Part shown: one piece after another, positions 44,952 through 53,639 of the stretch | How the letters are laid out: every line of letters starts with the position of its first letter | Numbering within the stretch: position 1 is the first letter of the stretch | Assembly: GCA_038204565.1 (NCBI GenBank) | Contig: JBBRCU010000014.1 | Span: 3,541 to 67,540 of the forward strand | Direction: 5' to 3' | From: Candidatus Limnocylindrales bacterium | Lineage (GTDB): Bacteria; Chloroflexota; Limnocylindria; Limnocylindrales; CSP1-4 | DNA: 64,000 nucleotides | Translations under genes and position numbers: made by a program | The notes under the pieces: generated by a model | Database searches by the model: none | Told to the model about the DNA's origin: nothing | The model's input: only the letters and a program-made list of their open reading frames with translations

Positions 44952-46223
44952 TCAGTCGTCGTGCGCCCGGCGGGCCTCGAAGCGGAGCGCGTCGCGGTGA
45001 TCCGGATGAGCGACCGCGATGAGCGCCTCGGTCCGCTCTCGGATGCTCCGCCCGAACAGCTCGGCCACGCCGTACTCGGTGACGATCGTCCGGACGTGGG
45101 CCCGGGTCGTCACCACCCCGGCCCCCGGCTTGATGTGGGTGACGATCCGCGAAACGGTTCCGTTGGCGGCCGTCGAGGGGAGCGCGATGATTGCTCGGCC
45201 GTACTCGGCGAGGGCGGCCCCGCGGATGAAGTCCATCTGGCCGCCGACGCCGCTGTACAGGCGGTCGCCGATCGAGTCGGCGACGACCTGGCCCGTGACA
45301 TCAACCTCGATGGCCGAGTTGATGGCGGCCATCTTCGCGAACGACCGGATCACATGGGTGTCGTTGGTGAAGTCGACCGGGCGCATCTCGACCATCGGGT
45401 TATCGTCGACGAAGTCGTAGAGCCGCTGCGACCCCAACAGGAAGGCCGCCACGATCTTGCCCCGGTTACGCTCCTTGCGGGCGCCGGTGATCGCGCCGGC
45501 TTCGACCAGGTCCACGACCGCGTCGCTGAACATCTCGGTGTGGACGCCCAGATCGCGGCGGTGGCGGAGATAGAGCGCTGCCGCGGTCGGGATGGCGCCG
45601 ATGCCGAGCTGGAGCGTCGCGCCGTCGGGCACGAGCTCGGCGACGAACTCCCCGATTCGTCGCTCGACGTCGCCGATCGTCGCCTTCCGGAGTTCAAAGG
45701 GCGGCTGGTCCGCCTCGACCGCGTAGTCAATCGCGTCGACGTGGATGAAGCTGTCGCCGAGGGTTCGCGGCATCGCCCGGTTGAATTGGACGATGACCGT
45801 TTTCGCGCTGGCGATCGCGGCGTGCATGGCCTCGACGGATGTTCCGAGTGAGCAGAACCCGTGGCTGTCGGGCGGGGTTGCGTTGACGAGGACGGCGTCG
45901 AGGGGCATCGCGCCCGATCGGAACAGGAGCGGCACGTCCGAAAGAAAGACCGGCACATAATCGGCCCGTCCGGCGTTCACGGCGGCCCGCGCGTTCGGCC
46001 CGATGAACAGGGCGCGGTGACGGAACGAGCCGGCCATCTCGGGGGCGAGGTGCGGTCCGGGCCCTTCGATGTGGAGGTGGACGACGCTCACGTCCGTCAA
46101 CTCCGCGGCACGGCCGACGAGGGCGTCGAGGAGGACCTCGGGCGTCGCCGCGGCGCAGTGGAGGTAGATCTGGTCGCCGCTGCGGATCCCGGCAACGGCT
46201 TCGGCGGGCGTGACGATCTGCAT
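44952..46223 (-). CDS. Acetyl-CoA hydrolase/transferase family protein (4-hydroxybutyrate/succinyl-CoA:acetate CoA-transferase-like)
   Basis: From the ATG at 46223: MQIVTPAEAVAGIRSGDQIYLHCAAATP... Also LQLGIGAIP, SGVGGQMDF and VVTEYG. Confidence 0.85.
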   Translation of the reverse strand: MQIVTPAEAVAGIRSGDQIYLHCAAATPEVLLDALVGRAAELTDVSVVHLHIEGPGPHLAPEMAGSFRHRALFIGPNARAAVNAGRADYVPVFLSDVPLLFRSGAMPLDAVLVNATPPDSHGFCSLGTSVEAMHAAIASAKTVIVQFNRAMPRTLGDSFIHVDAIDYAVEADQPPFELRKATIGDVERRIGEFVAELVPDGATLQLGIGAIPTAAALYLRHRRDLGVHTEMFSDAVVDLVEAGAITGARKERNRGKIVAAFLLGSQRLYDFVDDNPMVEMRPVDFTNDTHVIRSFAKMAAINSAIEVDVTGQVVADSIGDRLYSGVGGQMDFIRGAALAEYGRAIIALPSTAANGTVSRIVTHIKPGAGVVTTRAHVRTIVTEYGVAELFGRSIRERTEALIAVAHPDHRDALRFEARRAHDD

Positions 46224-46359
46224 CGTTCCAGTGTGAACGGCAGACGAGCTCGCGGTCGACGGTCCGAACCGACTGTTCCGGGGGTCACGATGGCCCGGAC
46301 AGGCCCGGAAGGTGGCGGCGCCGAATGCGGTGCCGGATCGAGGCCGATCGGACCGCCGC

Positions 46360-47085
46360 TCAGGCGGGAGCGAACGTCCGGAAGACCGCCTCCGCGACTG
46401 CGTCCGCGAACGCCGCATCGAGCGCCCCGCCGAACACGAGCCGGAAGTAGACCGGGCCGACCAGCAGCTCGGTGGCGATCGAGGCATCCGCATCGGGGCG
46501 GAGGTCGCCGCGGGCGATGCCCCGTTCCATCACGGCCGCAACCTCGCGGCGGCGACGGGCCACGACCGCGGCCCGGAACGGCTCGCCGATGACCGGGTTC
46601 CCCGCGATCTGCGACAGCATCGCCCGGATCACCGGCCCCCACGACGTTTTCGTGATGGCCTCGAGCGGATTGGCGACGGCGGCCCGGAGCTCGGCCCGGG
46701 TGTCGCCGACGTCGGCGATGTCGAGGTGCGGGCCGGCGAGACCCAGGACCAGCTCCAGGGTCAGCGCCTCCTTCGACGGCCAGCGCCGGTAGATCGTCCC
46801 CTTCCCGACCCCCGCCCGGGCTGCGACGTGCTCGAGCCGGAGGCGAGTGAACCCCTCCTCGACGAGCAGCTCCTGCGTCGCGGCGAGGATGGCCTGGTTC
46901 GCGTGCTCGCTTCGCGGCCTGCCCGGCGAACGGGCGCCGACGCCTGGCGGCGTCGGCGCGGGCGCCGCTCGACCGGGGCCCGCTGCCTCGACCACCCGAC
47001 CGGGCCGAATGGCAACCGGGATGCGACTATCTGGCTCCTGTTTCGAGCCAAATGTCCCGGTCTCCGGATCTTGTGGCGCGGCCAT
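46360..47085 (-). CDS. TetR-family transcriptional regulator
   Basis: GRPRSEHANQAILAATQELLVEEGFTRLRLEHVAARAGVGKGTIYRRWPSKEAL. The start is uncertain. The first 40 or so codons have weaker coding bias, so the real start may be further in. Confidence 0.85.
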   Translation of the reverse strand: MAAPQDPETGTFGSKQEPDSRIPVAIRPGRVVEAAGPGRAAPAPTPPGVGARSPGRPRSEHANQAILAATQELLVEEGFTRLRLEHVAARAGVGKGTIYRRWPSKEALTLELVLGLAGPHLDIADVGDTRAELRAAVANPLEAITKTSWGPVIRAMLSQIAGNPVIGEPFRAAVVARRRREVAAVMERGIARGDLRPDADASIATELLVGPVYFRLVFGGALDAAFADAVAEAVFRTFAPA

Positions 47086-47097
47086 GTTGTGATACGA

Positions 47098-47108
47098 TAC
47101 GGTCCGTA
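47098..47108. promoter_or_regulatory. Palindrome TACGGtCCGTA (overlapping ACGGT-N4-ACCGT) in the tetR / small-gene divergent region; candidate TetR operator
   Basis: It lies between the tetR 5-prime end and the ATG at 47135. The direct repeat gatacgatac sits adjacent to it. Confidence 0.35.
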
Positions 47109-47134
47109 CCGTTTCATGGCAAGGAGCCATCCCG

Positions 47135-47368
47135 ATGTTCACCAATCAAGATCTCCGCGAGCGAATCGAAGACGCCGAGCGAACCAGCCCGATCTGCCAG
47201 CAGTGCGGTCAGCCGACGACCGTCACGGAGCGAGACCAGGCGCTCTGGCTCGAGTGCTCGGACCTCCGTCGCCCGCGCGGCCGGTTCGCGTCGCTCTTCC
47301 ATTTCGCCGGGCTCCATACGCAGCGCCCGATCGTCGAGCTCCCGACCGCGGGGCTCCGCGCCGCCTGA
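47135..47368 (+). CDS. Small hypothetical protein with a CxxC motif
   Basis: An SD aaggag lies 8 nt upstream of the ATG. The 77-aa protein reads MFTNQDLRERIEDAERTSPICQQCGQPTTVTERDQALWLECSD... Confidence 0.55.
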   Translation: MFTNQDLRERIEDAERTSPICQQCGQPTTVTERDQALWLECSDLRRPRGRFASLFHFAGLHTQRPIVELPTAGLRAA

Positions 47369-47426
47369 ACCTCCGGCGGGACGGAGCCGGGCGCACCGGC
47401 TGTGGCCCTCGCCTACCGTCCGCCCG

Positions 47427-47954
47427 ATGGGTACGAAGTTCGGGATCATCAGCAGCATGGGGCGACCCCACGGACCGTCGCGGATCTGACGGGGCTCGCC
47501 GGAGAACGTGGCTGGGACGGCGTCTTCACCTGGGACGGCGTCGCGATCGGGACGCTGGACATCGACGACCCGTGGGTCGTGATGGCCGCGATGGCCATCC
47601 CCAGTCCAGCAGCCGCGAATCCCGATCTGGGTGATCGGCGGCTGGCCAAACGAGCGATCGATACGGCGGACCCTTCGCTGGGACGGCGTCGTCGCCCAGG
47701 TCAAGGGTGCGGCGGCGATTCGGGAAGTCGTCGACTGGGCGGAGCGGGCGTCGCCGACCGCGACGCGTGACCGCCCCTGGGACGTGATCGCCGAGGGCAC
47801 CACGTCTGCCCACGACCCCGCCGGAGCTCGGGCCACCGTCGCGGAGCATGAGGCGGCAGGCGCGACCTGGTGGATCGAATCGGACTGGGCACACGGCAGC
47901 GTGGAGTCGATCCGGCGTCGGATCGAGGCCGGTCCGCCGCGGCCGACAACGTGA
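47427..47954 (+). pseudogene. Degraded luciferase-like monooxygenase (LLM) class oxidoreductase: at least 2 frameshifts plus an internal deletion
   Basis: Three LLM-like pieces lie in three different frames. The first is MGTKFGIISS. The second is HGATPRTVADLTGLAGERGWDGVFTWDGV...DPWVVMAAMAI. The third is PSPVQQPRIPIWVIGGWPNERSIRRTLRWDGVV...ATWWIE. The central roughly 100 aa of the barrel are absent. Confidence 0.55.
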
Positions 47955-47997
47955 GTAGACCCCGGCGAGCGGGCGGCGCGGTGTACGCTCCGGCCCG

Positions 47998-48291
47998 ATG
48001 AGCACCTGCCCCCACCTCTGGGAGTCCCGCGAGGTCGTGCCGATGTCGAGGGGCTGCGATGCGTGCCTTGCCCTCGGCGATTCCTGGCATCACCTCCGGA
48101 TGTGCCTGGCCTGCGGCAACGTCGGCTGCTGCGACCAGAGCAAGAATCGTCATGCCTCGGCTCATTTCCGGGAGAGCGGCCATCCTGTCGCTCGCTCGTT
48201 CCAGCCAGGCGAGACGTGGCGCTGGTGCTATGCCGACGAGGTCCTCGACGACCCCGAGGAGCTCGACATGGAAGGCGCCGACCTCGGCTGA
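47998..48291 (+). CDS. UBP-type zinc-finger domain protein
   Basis: CPHL...CDACL....WHHLRMCLACGNVGCCDQSKNRHASAHFRESGHPV...WRWCYAD. Confidence 0.8.
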   Translation: MSTCPHLWESREVVPMSRGCDACLALGDSWHHLRMCLACGNVGCCDQSKNRHASAHFRESGHPVARSFQPGETWRWCYADEVLDDPEELDMEGADLG

Positions 48292-48325
48292 CGCGGGCCC
48301 GATCCGGGAAGTGCCACAGGAAAGA

Positions 48326-48401
48326 TGGCGTCCCCGGCAGGGTTCGAACCTGCGACCTTCCGCTTAGAAGGCGGTTGCTCTGTCCACTGAGCTACGGGGA
48401 C
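48326..48401 (-). tRNA. tRNA-Arg (anticodon TCT), CCA encoded
   Basis: The reverse complement is GTCCCCGTAGCTCAGTGGACAGAGCAACCGCCTTCTAAGCGGAAGGTCGCAGGTTCGAACCCTGCCGGGGACGCCA. It folds as a 76-nt cloverleaf with acceptor GTCCCCG/CGGGGAC and T-arm GCAGG-TTCGAAC-CCTGC. The anticodon loop is CTTCTAA. Confidence 0.9.
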
Positions 48402-48549
48402 GCGGGGCCGGCGACAGTGTAGGCCGAGACATCGGGAGCGGCCCCATCCTGCCCGATCGGGCCATCCGTCGCGCCCGATCGGCCGCCCGCAGGTGCACCC
48501 CTGTCGGCGCCGCGAACCTCACGCTAGCGCCAAGCAGCCGGGAGATGAC

Positions 48550-49647
48550 GTGGCGAATGCGGAGCACGGCTCGAACAGCGTCCAGCCGGCGCCGATCCCG
48601 ACGAACCGGCACGACCATGCCAGTGGCGCCCAAGAATCCGGCGTCGCCTCCGACCGCGACGGCTCGCTGCTCGATCTCCAGGAATTGGCTGGAAACCGCG
48701 CTGTGGCGGATCTGCTGACGGCGGGTGCAGCGGGCGGCGAGGCCGGCGACGAAGCGGGTGGCGCGGCGGGCGGCTCCACCGGACAGGCAGGAGGCCCGTC
48801 CGGGACGATCCATCCGGCGCTCCAGCGGGCGTCGGCCGCCCTCCGCCAGCGGACCGGCCTGTTCGGCGGCCCCCACTCGGCCTATGGAGCCAACCCACCG
48901 CAGTTCGCGAGCGAGCCGGCCGATCGGTTGCTCCTCGCCGGGAGACCAACCCCGGCAAAGCACAGCGAGTTCCCGGCCGTCATGGGCCAGACCGCCTACG
49001 AGCGGGACAAGGTCGAGCGCTGGCCGTCGTTCTCGGTCATCTACCACACGCCGTGGAACCACTGGTTCAGCAAAACCGCCGTGCCCAACAAGACCGCGGC
49101 CGTCGGCGCGACGTGGTGGGCGATCGCGACGCCAGCCAACGAAGAGGGATACAGGATGGAGGGCGGCCGGGCCGAGTATCCGGGCTACGACTACTACATT
49201 CGGGTCAGCGCCAAGGCCGCGGCGATGATCGCCGACGCCGAGCAACAGCACATCAACGACCTCGACCAGGGCTGGGCGATCACCGGCGACGGAACGGCCA
49301 CTGCGATCAATGCGGTGGCGGACGAGGATCCCGACGTCAAGCCCGACGAATACAACGCGAAGAACGCCGCCGCCGACCGGGTCGCGGCCAAGATGGGCGG
49401 GGTCGGCGAGAAGATCAAGGGATCGCTGCGCAGCGGCGGCCGGCTGGAAGAGGCCCTTGCGCCGCTGATGATGGGCGCGTACGAAGCCTCGAAGAAGACC
49501 CGCGACGCAAGCGGCCAGCACACGGTCCCGATCAAGTTCAAGGAAAAGGACGAGACGAAGAAGCGCGTTGTCTACGAGGTCGACGACGGGTTCACCCTTC
49601 AGGCGCCGGCCAGCGCGTCGGTCGTCAACGAGGGCACGATCGGCTGA
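48550..49647 (+). CDS. Hypothetical protein with an N-terminal LQELAGNRAVADLL leader motif, a Gly/Ala-rich linker and an unrecognised C-terminal domain
   Basis: This is track ORF 48493..49647. I prefer the in-frame GTG at 48550 (GGGAG upstream). The C-terminal roughly 250 aa (…WPSFSVIYHTPWNHWFSK…AEQQHINDLDQGW…KFKEKDETKKRVVYEVDDGF) match no family I recognise. Confidence 0.7.
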   Translation: MANAEHGSNSVQPAPIPTNRHDHASGAQESGVASDRDGSLLDLQELAGNRAVADLLTAGAAGGEAGDEAGGAAGGSTGQAGGPSGTIHPALQRASAALRQRTGLFGGPHSAYGANPPQFASEPADRLLLAGRPTPAKHSEFPAVMGQTAYERDKVERWPSFSVIYHTPWNHWFSKTAVPNKTAAVGATWWAIATPANEEGYRMEGGRAEYPGYDYYIRVSAKAAAMIADAEQQHINDLDQGWAITGDGTATAINAVADEDPDVKPDEYNAKNAAADRVAAKMGGVGEKIKGSLRSGGRLEEALAPLMMGAYEASKKTRDASGQHTVPIKFKEKDETKKRVVYEVDDGFTLQAPASASVVNEGTIG

Positions 49648-49760
49648 GCCGGCTCGAGACGCTCGCCGTCCACCGCGGCGGGTCCCACGGCGAACGGACC
49701 ACCCACCCCGGACCACCGTCCCGGTGACTGGCGCGGCGACGCACCGCTACGGTGCTACCG

Positions 49761-51854
49761 ATGACGACTCTGCGCCTGCCTGCCTCCGTGGCGCGATCCC
49801 GCCGCAGGCCGTGGGCTGGCAACCGGACTGCACGGCGGCTCGCCGGGGATCCTCAGGCGCCGCTGGCGCTCGGCCTCGTGACGATCTCGATCGCGGTTCT
49901 GGCGCTCGGCCAGGCGGGCGATGGCGCCCGCCTCATCGCGATCAGTGCCGAGTTCCTCGCTGCCCAGGCGATCGCTGCCATCGCGGCGCCCCACCTTCGT
50001 CCGTCGGCGAGTCAGCGGACGATGATCTCGATCGGGCGGTTCGCCCTCGCGATCCTGTACGTGACCGTGGCCTCGGCGCTCCTTCGGACCGGGGAATTCC
50101 GGCCGATCGGGGCGCTCTACATCCCGGTGGTCGCGCTTGCCGCTGCCCAGGGCATGCGCCAGGCCATCCTCGTCGGATCGGCCGCCATCGCCCTCTACCT
50201 CCTGCCTGTCCTGACGGCAGCCCCGGATAGCCTCGCCATCGACGCGCAGCGAGCCGTCGCTCTGGGTGGGACAGCGGTCCTGCTGTCGATCGGGACGCGG
50301 CGTTCGATCTCCGCCCTGACCGAGACCGTCCAGCGGCTCGGCGCGTCCCTCGCCCGCGACCGGCGGCGCTCGCGCCAGGTCGCCGCCGTCGAGCGGGTCG
50401 GCCGTCTCCTGGCCGCAACGGGCCCGGCACCGGAAACCCTGGAGGAGATCGTGGGCCTCCTCCGCGACGACCTCGGGTACGACTTCGTATCGGTCTACCT
50501 CGGGTCCTCCGCGTGCGTCCGGATCGCCGCCCAGGCGGGGTACGACGACGTCATCCATGAGTTCGATGGGACCACTGGCGTCATCGGCCGGGTGATGCGG
50601 ACGCGGACGCTCTCGTATGTCCCAGACGTCCGGACCGATCCGGACTACCTCAGCGCGGCGGGGGTCGTCACGACCGAGATCAGCGCGCCGCTGGTTGTCG
50701 ACGATGCGCTCGTCGGGATCATCAATGTCGAGGCCCGCGCAACCGCCGACCTCGACACCAGCGACGTCGGGACGATGCGGCTCGTCGCCGAGCGGATGGC
50801 GTCGGCGCTGGCCCTCGCCGACGAACGCGAACGTCTAGCCGCCCGGGCCGATCTCTTCCGCCGGCTCACCGCGTTTGCCACAGCCGTCAATGCGACGCTC
50901 GATCCGGTCAGGGTCCATCAGGCCATTGTCGATGGGCTGGCCGATCTGCTGGCCGCCGACTCGGTCGGGTTGACGGTCCTCGACCGACCGACCGGCGGCT
51001 ATGTGATCCGGGCCGTGGCGGGTCCCGACAAGGCCTATATCGGACTCCCCATCGCGCTCGGAAGCGGGCTCGCGGGACGAGCCATCCGCGACCGGGCGCT
51101 GGTCGTCGCCGACCACTACGAGCCCGACACCCACCCCGAGGCGGTTGCGGCCGGCGCGTCACCGTCGCCCTTGACCGGTGTGGCCGTGCCGCTCGTTCGG
51201 GACGACGTGATCGTCGGTGCGGTGACCCTCGCCCGCCGCGACCTGACCCGGCCTTTCACGCCTGACGAGCGAGAGGTGCTGCCGATCGTGGCGGGCGTCG
51301 TGTCCCTCGCGATCTCGAACACCTTCCTCCACGCCGACGTGATCGAGCTGTCCGTGCGCGACGCCCTGACCGGCCTCTTCAACCGCCGTCACCTCGACGC
51401 GACGGTCGCCCGCCTCGAGGCCGCGCGGGCAAGGCAGTCGCGCGGATCACGGGACCGCGCGGCCGTCGCGATCTTCGATCTCGACCACTTCGGCGAGATC
51501 AACAAGCTCTACGGCCATCAGGCCGGCGACGCGATCCTGCGCGCCTTTGCCAACATCCTCCGGGCTCGATTCCGCGGCGCCGACCTGGTTGCCCGTTATG
51601 GCGGCGAGGAGTTCCTCGCCATCCTCGACCGAGCCACCGCCGAGCAGGCGGAGGCTGTCGCCGACGAGATCCGGGTGGCGTTCGCCGGGGTATCCGTCCC
51701 GGGCACCGACGGCGCCCCGATCCGGGCCACCGTCTCGGCGGGGTGCGCCGGGATGACGGCCGACGACGAGCGGTTCGCCGACATCGTCGCCCGGGCGGAC
51801 GTCGGGCTCGTCCTCGCCAAACGAGCGGGCCGGAACCGGGTCGTGGCGGCCTGA
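49761..51854 (+). CDS. Membrane-bound diguanylate cyclase (multi-TM N-terminus, two GAF domains, GGDEF)
   Basis: DALTGLFNRRHL, FDLDHFGEINKLYGHQAGD and the RYGGEEFLAIL active site (GGEEF) are present. Confidence 0.9.
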   Translation: MTTLRLPASVARSRRRPWAGNRTARRLAGDPQAPLALGLVTISIAVLALGQAGDGARLIAISAEFLAAQAIAAIAAPHLRPSASQRTMISIGRFALAILYVTVASALLRTGEFRPIGALYIPVVALAAAQGMRQAILVGSAAIALYLLPVLTAAPDSLAIDAQRAVALGGTAVLLSIGTRRSISALTETVQRLGASLARDRRRSRQVAAVERVGRLLAATGPAPETLEEIVGLLRDDLGYDFVSVYLGSSACVRIAAQAGYDDVIHEFDGTTGVIGRVMRTRTLSYVPDVRTDPDYLSAAGVVTTEISAPLVVDDALVGIINVEARATADLDTSDVGTMRLVAERMASALALADERERLAARADLFRRLTAFATAVNATLDPVRVHQAIVDGLADLLAADSVGLTVLDRPTGGYVIRAVAGPDKAYIGLPIALGSGLAGRAIRDRALVVADHYEPDTHPEAVAAGASPSPLTGVAVPLVRDDVIVGAVTLARRDLTRPFTPDEREVLPIVAGVVSLAISNTFLHADVIELSVRDALTGLFNRRHLDATVARLEAARARQSRGSRDRAAVAIFDLDHFGEINKLYGHQAGDAILRAFANILRARFRGADLVARYGGEEFLAILDRATAEQAEAVADEIRVAFAGVSVPGTDGAPIRATVSAGCAGMTADDERFADIVARADVGLVLAKRAGRNRVVAA

Positions 51855-51909
51855 TCCACCGGTCGCCGAGCCGCTCCGGCAGCGTCCGGACGGCGAAAGC
51901 GGGTCTGGT

Positions 51910-53349
51910 ATGCTCCGCGGCCCGTCACGCGTCAGGAGCCTCAACCCACCGATGACGATCGGCTCGCGGACGACCGCCGACCAGCTCGCGCTCGATCTCG
52001 ACCCACCGGCAGCCCTGCCGGTTCTGCCGATCGCGCCGGAGTGGAAGGACCAGGCCCGTCTGTGGGGACCCGCGCTCCACCCGATGTGTTCGTACCTCGC
52101 GAGCTTTCCCGCGGCCCTCGCCCATGCCTTCGTCGGCCGCTACTCGCGCCGCGGCGACGTCGTCGTGGACCCCTTCTCGGGCCGCGGCACAACGCCGCTC
52201 CAGGCCTGTGCCGAGGGCCGCATCGGCGTCGGCAACGACCTGAACCCGCTCGCCCACCTGCTGACGGCGGCGAAGGTCGAGCCAGCCACGCCGGCGGAGG
52301 CAGCGACCCGTCTCGCCGCCCTCCGGCTGGGATGGGCCGCGGCCTCGAGCGACTGGCTCGATCTCGCTGATGCGGTCCTCGGCGACCCTGCCGACCCGCC
52401 CACCGTCGGTGTTCCCGGCGCCGGCAGCCGCCGGCCGACGGATCGGCTCGAAGTCGTCCCCAAGGAGGTCGCGGTCGCCTTCCATCGGCGGACCCTCGCC
52501 CAGCTCCTGTACGTTCGGACGGTGCTCCGCCGGGAGGATCGCGTCGACCGCTTCCTCATCGCCGCGCTGACCGGAATCCTCCACGGCAAGAGCGCGTCGT
52601 ACCTCTCCGAGTTGATGCCGAATACGTTCAGCATGGCCCCGCGCTACGTCCGCGAGTTCGCCCGGCGAACAGCCTTCGCATCACCGGATCGCGACGTCTT
52701 CAGCGGTCTCGAGAAGAAGCTCGCCCGGCTTCATCGCGAGGCGCTCCCGCGGACGCCCGGAATCGCCCTCCTCGGCGACGCCCGGGACGTCGCCGGCCGG
52801 ACCCGCCTCGCCCTCCGCGAGCGGGGCCTGCCGGAACGCGCCCGGCTGGTCGTGACCTCACCGCCCTATCTCCGGGTCGTGAAGTACGGCTACTACAACT
52901 GGCTCCGGATCTGGCTCCTCGGCGAGGACGCCCGGGCCATCGACGCGAGGCTCGACGACGCCCACCATCGCGAGCCCTACCTCGTCTTCCTGCGCGAGGT
53001 CCTCGCCGATCTGCGCGGGGTCCTCGCCGACGACGCGATCGTGGTCCTCGTGATCGGTGATGTCGAGACCGACCGGGGGCGACCGATCCGGGGCGCCGTC
53101 GGGCTCGCCGAGCGGGTCTGGGCACGGGCCGCCAAACCCGAGGGCTACAAGCTCGCGGGGATCGCCCTCGACGATGTCGCGGCTTCCCGAAAGATGACCA
53201 AGCTGTGGGGCGCCGAGGCCGGCCGGGCGACGAAGACCGACCGGATCCTCGTCCTCGGCGCGACGGAGGCGGGCCGCCGCCGCGCGCTCTCCGCGGCCCG
53301 CACGCCGATCGACTGGGACTGGCCGCCGCAGGGCCTCCGCGCGATCTGA
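51910..53349 (+). CDS. DNA (N4-cytosine/N6-adenine type) methyltransferase, orphan, with the SAM motif before the SPPY motif
   Basis: HPMCSYLASFPAALAHAFVGRYSRRGDVVVDPFSGRGTT is the SAM-binding motif I region. About 225 aa later comes LVVTSPPYLRVVKYGYYNW (motif IV), then EPYLVFLREVLADLRGVL. An alternative start is ATG 51952, preceded by AGGAG. Confidence 0.8.
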   Translation: MLRGPSRVRSLNPPMTIGSRTTADQLALDLDPPAALPVLPIAPEWKDQARLWGPALHPMCSYLASFPAALAHAFVGRYSRRGDVVVDPFSGRGTTPLQACAEGRIGVGNDLNPLAHLLTAAKVEPATPAEAATRLAALRLGWAAASSDWLDLADAVLGDPADPPTVGVPGAGSRRPTDRLEVVPKEVAVAFHRRTLAQLLYVRTVLRREDRVDRFLIAALTGILHGKSASYLSELMPNTFSMAPRYVREFARRTAFASPDRDVFSGLEKKLARLHREALPRTPGIALLGDARDVAGRTRLALRERGLPERARLVVTSPPYLRVVKYGYYNWLRIWLLGEDARAIDARLDDAHHREPYLVFLREVLADLRGVLADDAIVVLVIGDVETDRGRPIRGAVGLAERVWARAAKPEGYKLAGIALDDVAASRKMTKLWGAEAGRATKTDRILVLGATEAGRRRALSAARTPIDWDWPPQGLRAI

Positions 53350-53411
53350 GGTTGCTGGTCCTCGCTCGTGATCGTCGTCGCGCCACCGTGCGGCGCCGCT
53401 AGAATGCCGCC

Positions 53412-53639
53412 ATGCAGCAGATGTACCACCCGACGGATCTCGCGTCGATGGACCCGCTCGTCCTGATGAAGAACCTCGACCACGTCCGGATGACGAGCCG
53501 GCGCCTGTCGTACATCCTCCAGCAGCAGCTCCATCTGTACACCCCCGAGGCGAACCAGATCCGCGAGCAGATCGACCGCTACGTCGAGGCGGAGCGCCAG
53601 ATCGAGGGTGAGATGGCGAGGCGCCGGATCCGCGCCTAG
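53412..53639 (+). CDS. Small helical hypothetical protein (75 aa)
   Basis: MQQMYHPTDLASMDPLVLMKNLDHVRMTSRRLSYILQQQLHLYTPEANQIREQIDRYVEAERQIEGEMARRRIRA. A TAGAAT -10-like hexamer ends 6 nt before the ATG, which suggests a leaderless mRNA. Confidence 0.55.
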   Translation: MQQMYHPTDLASMDPLVLMKNLDHVRMTSRRLSYILQQQLHLYTPEANQIREQIDRYVEAERQIEGEMARRRIRA

